This document shows, in pieces, positions 48,611 through 58,853 of a DNA stretch of 60,783 nucleotides. The notes under the pieces were generated by a model. The model was given only the letters and a program-made list of their open reading frames with translations, was not told where the DNA came from and ran no database searches. The DNA is taken from the NCBI GenBank assembly GCA_002269645.1, contig NIVC01003180.1:1-60783 (forward strand). The letters are read 5' to 3'. Position 1 is the stretch's first letter. Every line of letters begins with the position of its first letter. The position numbers were made by a program, and so were the translations under genes. The DNA comes from Macrostomum lignano (Eukaryota).

Positions 48611-50065
48611 AATGAATCTTCTATGGTTCAGTGCAGATAGTTAGTAGCACAACATCTATAATTGCCGCTCTTCTACTTCAGGTTCGATACCTTATACTGC
48701 TATGGTAACCAGTCTTTGCAAATATCAATAAATCCGTAAAAACTTAAATTTAACTATCAATGTTTTGGTATCCTAAATGTCAGTCACGTATGCAAAGATT
48801 TTAAGGAATTGTCAAGGCCAAGAGACAATGTCCAGTGCGAATTAAATGGCTGGCAAATATGGCCAGCTTTGTCTGAATTTGCATTATCGGTAATAGGGGG
48901 GGATTATCAGTTGCGTAGCGGTAAATTGACTTCTCACCTTCTGTCCTGCCGCATTGCAAATGAAGTTCGAATATGTGCTAGACTTCTTTTACTCGTGTTT
49001 TATTAGAGGCAGGATGGTGTGTGCACACTGGCGCACATTAAGCGACATTGTCGCACAACCTGCGAGAGGCATTACTGCACATTCCGCCGACTCACCTGAG
49101 CAGGCACACTCCAAGGGTCCAAGCGCGCGGATACGTACTCAGTCATACGCACAGGCACACACACTCACACAGGAGTGTACAGCGGCCCTAACTTTCTTTG
49201 TCGTTAGACATGTACACTTCACTTTGCCTTGGGAGTTGACCTTCAAGTGCGTTAATTGCACGAGCAGAGTCAAGCCGAGATTCAAATTTAGCCTCAAATT
49301 AATGTGACTGCACTTGGAATCGAACCTGGGCCGTTGGCACATCAGAACACCGCACTGGACTACTAGGCTGCCACAACGACAACAACGGATTTTGCACCAA
49401 TTGTCTTCTTTTACAACGGGTAAAAGTGTTCGGTCTAGAAACTCCACATGGAATGCATAAATGTACATTTATTTTGAAAACGAATTCTGCCTCTTAGTCG
49501 CAGAGTCCAGCGCGCCTCTCCAATACTTTGGCTGGCAATTTCTTGCAGTCGAAACAGTTTAAAGTCCTCCACTTGTTAAGAAAAGTTTCTGCCTGAAACA
49601 GTTGCCTCTTCCTCCAGCCAGTCTTCCTGAGTAGCCTCATCATTAATTAATTAATCCGCAGCCGCTGGTCCCCAGGAGGGAACAATAATGCGTGCTTAGT
49701 AGCTAACATTGCTGCTTCAAATTCTTTTTAACGTAGCCTGAGTAAGCAGGTTTTCTATGCCTAATCGGACGCAAACTTTTCCACTCTTGCAATTTGAAGA
49801 GTACAGCAACTCAGCTTGCAAGCCCCTCACTTCGTTGTCAAAACAGCCGTCTTGCGGATCTCCGGAGTCCTGCAAAGATGGCCGTGCCCAATAATTGATG
49901 AGTCTGCAGGGCGAGACCAAAATCCCCCAGCCAATCCGCAAAAAGTTTTGCTGGATCCGGCAGCAAGCGAAATAAATGCTCTAAAACCAGCAAGCGTTAG
50001 AGCCGCTCAAAACTGGAAGAGAAAAATCGACTGGCCAAACCACTGACATAGACTTGCACTGAACA

Positions 50066-50989
50066 ATGAAGTCGTCCGGTGCGACACTCCTGACGTGCCT
50101 GGCGCTGCTGCTGGCCGCCGGGGCCGCCGCCGGACAGCTCGGCTGCTTCACGGAGTCGCAGTTCGCATCGATCTGCGAGCCGCCGGTTCGAGTCGCCAGC
50201 GGCAGCCAAGGCGTCCGCGGCTGCTTCCGGCCGGACCTGCCGCAGCCGACGGGAGCCGCCGCGGGCGAGTCGGTCACGTGGGACGCCGCCGCCGGTGTCT
50301 GCGAGCGTCGCCCGACCGACTGCGGCGACTTCGCCGCCTGCCCCGTCTCGGCCTCGGCAGGGGGCCGCTGCCTCGTGTCCTGCGACATCGCCGAGCGCGG
50401 CTTCCTCGCGCTGAGCATCCGAGCGGGCGTCGGCGTCAAGTCGTTCGATCTGGTCGACTCGCCGAGCCGCAGCAACGGCTCCGCCGTCCAGGGCACACCC
50501 GGGTCCGCCAGCCTCCTGCCCGACCTGTTCCGCGCCAGCGCCATCGACCAGCTGCCCACCGTAGCGCCGAAGCTCACCTTCAAGGAGGCCGTCGTCCAGC
50601 TCTCTGTCGCCGACTCCGTCGTCGTGAAGGTCACCTTCGACCTCTCAGCGTCGCCTCACGAGCTAAACAGGACCAACTGGTTCTCTCGGGACCGGCTGAA
50701 GGCCAGCTGGCCCGTCACCGACCTTGCCAGCAGGACCTTCAACTACTTCAGCATCGAAGGTCATTCTGATGGCATACTCGAGCGTCGCTGGTTCATCAAT
50801 TATGCTTACGGCGGCTGCTCGGGCGATCTCGGCCTCATGGTAGCTCTCGACGTAACCGACGGCTGCGCTGTCGACTGGGCCGGCGGCAACATGACCTCGC
50901 CGCCGCGGCTATTGTACACCACCTCACATAACGTCACTTGGAAGCTGAGCGTACAAAGTGCGGATAAACTCGCTGTCATTCTGCGCTGA
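50066..50989 (+). CDS. Secreted Cys-rich protein paralogue C, intronless, 307 aa, function unknown
   Basis: MKSSGATLLTCLALLLAAGAAAG signal peptide. Core nearly identical to B. Confidence 0.85.
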   Translation: MKSSGATLLTCLALLLAAGAAAGQLGCFTESQFASICEPPVRVASGSQGVRGCFRPDLPQPTGAAAGESVTWDAAAGVCERRPTDCGDFAACPVSASAGGRCLVSCDIAERGFLALSIRAGVGVKSFDLVDSPSRSNGSAVQGTPGSASLLPDLFRASAIDQLPTVAPKLTFKEAVVQLSVADSVVVKVTFDLSASPHELNRTNWFSRDRLKASWPVTDLASRTFNYFSIEGHSDGILERRWFINYAYGGCSGDLGLMVALDVTDGCAVDWAGGNMTSPPRLLYTTSHNVTWKLSVQSADKLAVILR

Positions 50990-52541
50990 TGGAGTTCTGT
51001 GATGCAGCATTGGATTTGAAAAATTGTCACTGTTGTCAGTTTTTCCTTAGCAACTCAGTACCCAAATGTAGCTTTGTGATTGGAGTCCGTCAAGTATCCT
51101 TCACGGGGACATCTGTTCTATCAATTATTAAGTGGCCAGAATTTTATTTGCAACCGAAGCTGTGTTGAACGTGCCTGCTGTTAAACGTTTCCGTATAATT
51201 CTCTCAATTAATTGCATCTGACCCTTATCACTGTGTTATTTTTAGCACTGGCAGGTTTGCTTGTCGGTGTCTTCAAATTAATGCTTATACAATCTCTTTT
51301 TGTATTTCACGCTTATTGCTTGCTTGTTGTAAAAGATCCTAGCTCATTAGCGAGTCAAGTCGAATGTTTTGTAGCCAGTACTTAAAGCAACTATTTGTCC
51401 TAACTGCATGCACATGTAGCTACATGTGTTAAGTACATATATAATTATTGACTCTAAATCTATAGCACGCGAAACTCAGCTAAGTTACACTCCGAGCTCC
51501 TTAATAATAGCTTCTATAGCTCCTCTCGGCTCTCTTATATACAATTGCATAGAAAGATCGAGAGACCAACGCAAATATACAGTACTACATGTACGAGATT
51601 GCTATCCACTTCAGTCTTGATGTTTGTCCTTGTTCATGTTGCTATACTATACCTCATTCCATTGTAGCTCGCAATTAAAAACTACTTGAGTTAGTCCTTG
51701 GCTTGCACACACACGTACGGAATTACCATGCTCGATTCCTGCCGACAGTCCGTGTCATAAGTACGCGTTTTCATTGTAGCTACTGAGATAGTGGGGGGGC
51801 GGGGATGTACCCGTATGGACAACTAAAGTATAAGACACTGCACTTGGGAATCGCTGGATTTTCACTGCATGAATGCCGGGTGTCGTCTTAAATTCATTAC
51901 CCAATACAGTAAATTTTTCTGTTTAGTTTTTTAGCCCTAAAATGGTATATATCTAATTATTTATGAACTTCCGAATTACAAACATTGGTTTACAGACCAA
52001 CCAGCCAATGTAGCTCGTATGAATCGCAACGGAAAATCGTAGTTATGCCACTCACATTTAGTATTTTAGAATTATATTATATTTTATATTACTGTATTCT
52101 TCATTTTATATTATTATATTATTCCGATCTAGTATCTTCTAATATAGTATTATTTTAGTATATAGGAAGATTGCGGCTCTGACGATAGCTTCCGTCGAAA
52201 TTCTATTTTAAATTGTTTGTATATTTTATTTAAACACCATTTACAGTTACCAAGAAAATTTTAGCTGAAAGCATGGGCTTTACGTTTTAATCATTCAAAA
52301 TACTTAAATATACACTTGTCTCTTTGTTCTAGCTTACCTTTTTCGTCTCAAAATTTTTCACAGAAACTAGGTTGTGATTTTTAACTTAGATTTTCTTAGA
52401 AACAAATGACTTGATCATTTTACATTGAAGCTTGTTTAATTTGCCAAGCTCTGTATTTAATTATAAAATTGACAAAAAGTCTGTAGTCCGAAAAATAAAT
52501 ATAAATAATTTTTAACTAATATTTGTTTTCAAGTCGTATTC

Positions 52542-52638
52542 ATGAATTTTTATCGTCGCTTTATCACGGAATTAGTTCCTGATACTCTACGAAATGTTCC
52601 TGTGCCTGATAGCTTCTTTGGGATTTTTAAACTTTCAG
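52542..52638 (+). CDS. CISD2: CDGSH iron-sulfur protein 2 (Miner1/NAF-1), exon 1
   Basis: MNFYRRFITELVPDTLRNVPVPDSFFGIFKLS resembles the CISD2 N-terminus (LPxYLxxLPVPES.xG..xL). Donor TCAG|GTACGT, phase 1, fits exon 2. Confidence 0.85.
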
Positions 52639-53611
52639 GTACGTCAATTATTTAATATTTTTAAGTGATATTCTTTTTAACAAGACAAAAACGATGAATA
52701 AAAAGTAGCATAAATAGCCAACCAACGTTTGCTGTTAATTTTTCAATATAATGAAAGCAAATTTTGTTGACACTTGTTTCCAGCATTCAATTTATCTAAC
52801 TAGGCCTAACCCTAAGATAAATCTGGTTATTTTGTTGCACCCGACCCGACCTCCTGAATTTATAGTAACTTAATGAAAAATGTTATGAAATAGCAGTTGG
52901 CCCGAAATTGGCCTTATATAGGCTGAATGCCATTATTGTATAAAATTTTCTATTGCCATATTAGTAGTAAATGTATTATATTTCATCAATATAATTGATG
53001 ATCTTAAATTATAATAATCCACATTCTGGATCATGTAGTATACCTGTATATGCCAGAAAATTTGGGCATGAATTGGCCTTGCATGCCTAAAGTTAAATAT
53101 GCACAGTTGGCTTATATGACTTAAGAAAAAAGTATATGTGCATACCTAGCATGCAATCCATGGAATAACATGGAAAAGTTAGTGTTAAGTGGATTAAAGA
53201 TTTAAATATTCATATTTAAGCATAAATTTCTAACTTTTTGGCTTTTAAGCTCATTAATAATGTATTAAAACAAATGTTTATACATATTGATTTTCTGCTA
53301 TAAATTGTATAAAACAAGAAAGATAAAAATCAACCAAATTATAAACCAAAAAGATCATTTATTGTCGCAACACAGGCCTAGATTTGAGAAAGTGAGCTTG
53401 TACTCAATTTTTGCATGCATTTCTAACTCTTCAATTTGTTTTTTGGGTTGCACCTAGCATAGTTTGGACTTTGGTTAACAATTACTTAATAATTGAATAA
53501 GTCACACTAGAAACTTCTATCATAGTTTATATACAGTGTAGCTAAATAATTAGGAGATATGAGGAGTAGCCTTATCCTTTTAGCATGAGCTTTAAAAGGA
53601 TTACAAAGATA

Positions 53612-53900
53612 ACCTACAAATACCAGAATAACTAAATAAGCCACTCAGAGCACATCTGTATACAAGCTACTTTCAGTTCAGTAGTGTAAGTTAAAATGAA
53701 GCATTTTATGTATTTTTAAAGATAAGGTTCATTTACTGGCTTTTACTTCCAAGTTTTAACACTCAAACTTTATGCAGAACCTCTATCCTCACCCTATCAC
53801 CCAATTTTTATTACCCTCCTCAGTTGTTCTAGTTCTAGCCTACTAAGCGTACTAAGTATATGCTTGAGTGGCCTATCTAGTCATTTTAGTATCTGTGGGT
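53612..53900. mobile_element. Second, internally deleted and inverted copy of the 15274-15725 MITE, in the CISD2 intron
   Basis: 53640-53815 aligns by eye to the reverse complement of 15520-15700 (GCCACTCAG...TACTTTCAGTTCAGTAG...CAGAACCTCTA...CACCCAATTTTTATT). Ends GAGTGGCCTATCTAGT...TCTGTGG. Confidence 0.8.
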
Positions 53901-54237
53901 AACCAATCAAATTTGTTAATAAAATATAGGCTTACCCCTTTATCCCTAAGAGCTGCTCCCTTTCTTATCATCTTCATTGCATTATTATATAATTCTATTC
54001 ATTCTATTTCTAGTTACCATGCATACAAAGGTTTATGAATGTTCACTTATATTTCAATAAGTAGTATAAGTTAAAAACAGTTTTCATTTTATCTTTGGAG
54101 TTGCTTCAAAATAGACCCATGTATGATAGAATTTTTTGGTTTTTGAATAATTTTCTACAATTGCAATCTACTTTTAACAGGCATATGACATTTCACTGAA
54201 ATTAACTAATTGATATTCTTGCTTATTGATTTCACAG

Positions 54238-54560
54238 CATCTGAGCTTGCTAAGCTGACGCTGTTCACTGGTGCATCTGGTTTCCTAGCCTACTCTGTGT
54301 ACACCACCTGTCGCTACAAATTCTCCAGCAAGTCTGCTGGCAGCAGTGCCAGCAGCCACAGCCAGCCAGTGAACTGGAGTGTGCAGAAGGACAAAGACAA
54401 GGTTGTGAACACGGTGGACATTGAAGAGATCTCTGGCGACAAAGTGTGCATGTGCAGGTGCTGGCGGTCCAAGCAGTTTCCCTACTGCGATGGGACGCAC
54501 AATCAGCACAACAAGGACACTGGAGACAATGTCGGCCCGCTCATTGTGAAGAAGGGCTAA
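54238..54560 (+). CDS. CISD2: CISD2 exon 2 (TM helix and CDGSH-type 2Fe-2S domain)
   Basis: TTCACAG|[16 protein letters not shown]...[30 protein letters not shown]. Confidence 0.95.
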
Positions 54561-55045
54561 CTGAGCGCCACTGCACTGCTCAAAGTAGATGGAATGGACA
54601 CGCTGTTGAGAACTTGAAAGTTTATAAATGTCATACAGAATGACAACAAACTTTCAAGCATTTTCTAAGAAAAGTGTCCTCATCTTTGCTTGGAGTTCCA
54701 CCTAAAGGGACTTGCCAGTCCATTGTGCACCTCCATCAAACATCTCTCTGTACTGCTGCAATCCCCATTAATGACTCTCTGATTCAAAATACCTGACTAC
54801 ACCTGTGCAGATGTGTTCACACCTCTGAACTGAAATCATTGACGCCCAACTAGCAGCAACGCCTAGCTAACGTTGATTATTGGTTTGTTCCACATCTGTT
54901 CTTATAATGTTATTTAGTTTGTTTGGCTAGCGAAAAATATAAATTGCTCTCAAATACGAGTTGACCTGGTGGTCATTTACGACTCAATTTTCGATTGCAA
55001 ATAAGTTCTTAGTTGCATTTGGTTAACTTCACGTTTTACTTAGAT

Positions 55046-55650
55046 CACGGAGGACATAGCACGACGCAGGGCGCTTGCCTGGGGCGCATTCCGCACCGTG
55101 CGGACTGTCCTGCAGAGCCCCGCCCTGCCGGATCGGCTGAGAGGGCGGCTGTTCCAGGCCGTCATTGAAACCGTCCTCCTTTACAATGCTGAAACGTGGA
55201 CACTGACCGGCCCGCAGGAGCGGCAACTCGACGCCGTTCACGCTGGACTCCTGAGAGCCGCCTTCAGTGTCCACTACTCGCCGACCGCCACCACCAACAC
55301 CAGCAATGACGAGTTATACCGACGGGCCCAGCTCTCCCGACCCAGCCCTGCGCATCCGGCGCCTACAGCTGGCCAGCCAGGTCATCCGGGCAGAGCAGTA
55401 CTGCCCTGAGCCGCTTCAAGACGTGCTGCTGCTATCCATTCAAGGGCCGCGGCGGCTTGGTCAGGCGAGAAGTCCGCGTTTCGTCGACCTGCTTTTAAGA
55501 GCCGCTGAAATCTCCAACCCCCGCGGACTCGCTATTCTGCGCAAATCTGCGCTTGCGCGCGCCTTTTGACAACCCAACCCAACTTGGCTTGCCTGGGCAA
55601 GTGGGCAAGCCAAGTTGCGTTGCTATAGTTTGTTGTTGTTGTTGTTGTTG
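55046..55650 (+). mobile_element. 5'-truncated non-LTR retrotransposon (RTE-like), end of ORF plus 3' UTR and (GTT)n tail
   Basis: EDIARRRALAWGAF...RLFQAVIETVLLYNAETWTLT is the post-RT region of RTE-type LINEs. Frameshift near 55345, stop at 55569, (GTT)n tail. TTAGAT on both flanks (55040-55045, 55651-55656) is a candidate TSD. Confidence 0.85.
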
Positions 55651-56312
55651 TTAGATAAAAATAAGTTATAAATAATTCTGCCCATCCCGCGGACTCCTTG
55701 AGCAAATGCAATCGCGCCAATACTCACGCAGACGCTCACAAAGGGTGTGCAGCGGCCCTTTGAATTTCTAATCGTCAGATATGTACACTCAATCTGTGCC
55801 TTCGTGGGTTGGCCCTCGTTGTTGTGTGAATCGCACGACCACTCGCGGCTAATTTTGGGTGCCCAAGCCCCAAAGACGACGGACAAGCATCCAAGACGAT
55901 CTGCAAAGGGCTTATTTTGCATTTTTTAATAGTTCACCTCGATTTCAACCGTGTCAGCGAGTTCTTACTCCAGTCTGCATCGAATCTAATTAACTTCGAA
56001 GACCTTCTTTGACACCTGTAGGATAGAAATGACTGAGCTACTTCAGAACGCTGTTACACATGTACGAGCGTAGCCTAAATTAAACGGAATTCATGTCTAC
56101 TGTAAACTCTTACATTATTTACTCTGTGCAGGCGTCTATTTGAAGTCGGCATTCGCACATTTTTGGATTAAGCAACGGAAATAGAAAAGCGGTTTCACAG
56201 AAGAGCATCTTGTTCTTTAAAACATTAAAAAGTCATTGTTTTAAACTTTCGCCGAGATATTTAAAGGACACCAGTGAGCACAGGTTAAGCTACATGTATG
56301 CAGCCATCGGGC

Positions 56313-56588
56313 TCATGAGAACACCAGCATCCGGGTGGCCGACAGGAGGTCCGTAACGGTCTTGAGGTACTGGAAGTCCACCTCGGCCACCCTGTCCTTG
56401 GCCTCTTGGCTGCTGAACTCTTGGAACGAATTGTAGAAATCCGCGTGATAACCAACCGCCTCGTCCGGCTCGTCGCTGAACTCCTCGGCGAACTCCTTGA
56501 TCTTGAGCCGGCGGACGTGTCTCCGGGTGACGGTGAATAGGTAATAGTCATCTTCGTTAACCGAGCAGTCCTCCATGTGCTCGCAGGC
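56313..56588 (-). CDS. DNAI7: Dynein axonemal intermediate chain 7 (CASC1/CFAP94), exon 2
   Basis: CCCACAG|GCC, phase 0. Ends DLLSATRMLVFS*, like the CASC1 C-terminus. Confidence 0.88.
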   Translation of the reverse strand, partial: ACEHMEDCSVNEDDYYLFTVTRRHVRRLKIKEFAEEFSDEPDEAVGYHADFYNSFQEFSSQEAKDRVAEVDFQYLKTVTDLLSATRMLVFS

Positions 56589-56825
56589 CTGTGGGACGTC
56601 AATTTTCGATGTTTTCGATGCTAAACTAATAAGATGACGAGGTTTTCAACGAATCAAAGGTTGCTCCCGCCGTTCACTCTTTACTGTGGCTTATAAAAAT
56701 CCTAATAAGTCAAATGGGTGATCAAGTCCTATGACGTTTGCGCATAGCCAATTTCATTACCTGCATGTAGAGAACTCTCAGGGTGCGGTATCTATAGGGT
56801 TTGACCCAATTTGAAAATAATTCAC

Positions 56826-58853
56826 CTGTACGATGAGCGAATCGCGATCCTTGATTTCCGAGTTCCAGCGGCTCCAGGCAAAAGCCATGGCTGGGCTGAG
56901 CAGGGCCATCTGCTCGTAGAGGCGCTGTTCTGCAATGCTGCTCTTGTCGGGCACATCCACGTGCTTGGACGAGTCCTCGCGCGGGAACAGGTTAACGCCT
57001 GCGGCACGCAGACAGGCGATGAGGCTTCTGACAGGCATCCATTTGCCCTCCAGGTGCGAAAGCTCCCGCTTGCCCAGCTGCACCTCCGGATCTGCTTCCG
57101 GACTGTCTTCAGCCGCGTCTGATGGCGTCTCCGGGATGCAGACCAGGTCCTCCTTGACATTGATTGCCACTTCGTTGATACTGGCGATGATGCTCAGCCG
57201 GCAGCTGCGGGTGCCGAGCGGCCGAAGCTCCCACTGCTGGAATGGCATATTGATGTGGAAGTCCTGCAGGAAGCCCAGAGTGCCGAACACCGAAGTGCGG
57301 AAATTCAGGACGCGCTTGTCCTCGTCGAATTTGGTCACCTCGATGCCGTCCGTGCGCCACTCCTTGCGCTCGGCGTCCCAGCAAGCCACCTTAGGTTCCT
57401 CGGCATAGAACACATTCGATGGGAGCTTGAAGCTCACCGAAATTGGCGGATTCTCAATCTCTGGCTGCTTCTTGTTGGCTGCTTGCTGCTGCGTGCTGGT
57501 GGCGGTGAGTTGGTTGCTCACAGTCGTTGGGTTGCTGCCTTCAGTCACCGAATTCACGTCGCCGGCTTCGTCGGGCTGCTGCAGCTCCTCGAGTTCCTTG
57601 CGCACAATCGGCTGGGGGTGATAGTCGAAGCTCACTGGCTGAGGCGGCACCAGGTGCTGCACGATCGTCCAGCCGCGTTTGTTCTGCGGCTGCGGCGGCA
57701 GCTGGAGAATGTTGAACTGCATCACCGGGCCGATTGTGTGATACCCGCGAAGATCCATTGCGTCCTCTTCGCCATCGAAGTCCTCGAACTCCATTGGTGG
57801 TGGCGACACGCAGAGGTCCTCTTCAGGCGTCTCGAGCTCCTCCTCCGGCTCAGGCTCTGGCTCCTTCTCCTCCGGCTCCTCGCCGTCCATTCGCTGCAGC
57901 TCCGCCATCAGGTCCATAGTCGGTTCCCGGACCGGCTCTTCTTCCACCTGCTCTTCTCCCTTCTCAGCTCCTTCGCCCTCGCCCTCCGCCTCGTCCGCCG
58001 CTTCGGCCTCCTCGACAACTGGCTCCACCTCTTCTTCCTTTTTGATTGGTACAGCGTAGAAACTGGCCGACTGGGGCGAGTAATGGTCGAAGGTGGTGAG
58101 CAGGAACTGGTAGGCGCAACCAACCTTTGTCAACGCCTTGGGAATGTCGAAGCCGATGCCGGACTCGGGGAACTCGAATGTCTTGATGCGCGGATTCTTG
58201 CTAAGGTTGCCCCACAGGCACAGGCAGATCGTGTCGCTGCGCCACACGGCCTGCAGGTTCATGGTCTCGGAGTCTGCCGCGTTGGCGCCCCGCCTCAGCA
58301 TCTCGTAGGTTGCCCGGCTGAGCTTCTGCTGCAGCAGCGCCTGCAGATCGGCGATGGTGCCGCGGTACTGCCGCACCTGCTCCGGACTGGCTTCATCATC
58401 AGCCAGGTGGTCCTCGAGCTCGGCGATTAAGCCCAGACAGGGCTTGGAGTCTTCAAGCACGTCCTCGATAAGCACCCGCTTGTCGTCCTCGCGCCAGGCC
58501 ACCATGTAGGTGTTGATCTCGGGCAGCACCACCGGGTCCGGAGAGCCGTCGCAGCGCAGGTAGCGACGCCAGCGCTCGTCGCGGCGCAGAGCGGCAAAAT
58601 GGGCATCCCGGCTGGCGTGGTAGCCGCCAAGCAGAGCGCGCAGCTGGGCCAGCTCTACTATGCGCACCTTCTGCTCCGCCTTCTCCCGCTTCTTGCGCTC
58701 TTCAGCCTCCGTTTTCTCGCGTTTCCTGCGCTCCCGCTCCTCTTGCTCCTGGCGAATTCGCTCCTCCTCCTCTGCTATTCGTCTGCGCTCCTCGGCCTCG
58801 CGCTTTCGCTTCTCCTTGTCACCCTTGCCGCCCTTCTTGCCAGATGATGGCAT
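56826..58853 (-). CDS. DNAI7: Dynein axonemal intermediate chain 7 (CASC1/CFAP94), exon 1
   Basis: Charged N-terminal coiled coil, then WRRYLRCDGSPDPVVLPEINTYMVAWRE (CASC1 N-domain), LWGNLSKNPR and MPFQQWELRP. Donor CAG|GTGAAT at 56826/56825. 767 aa in total. Confidence 0.92.

Noticed and set aside
51411-51428. Perfect 18-bp palindrome CACATGTAGCTACATGTG
   Set aside because: Isolated, with no associated element or second copy seen.
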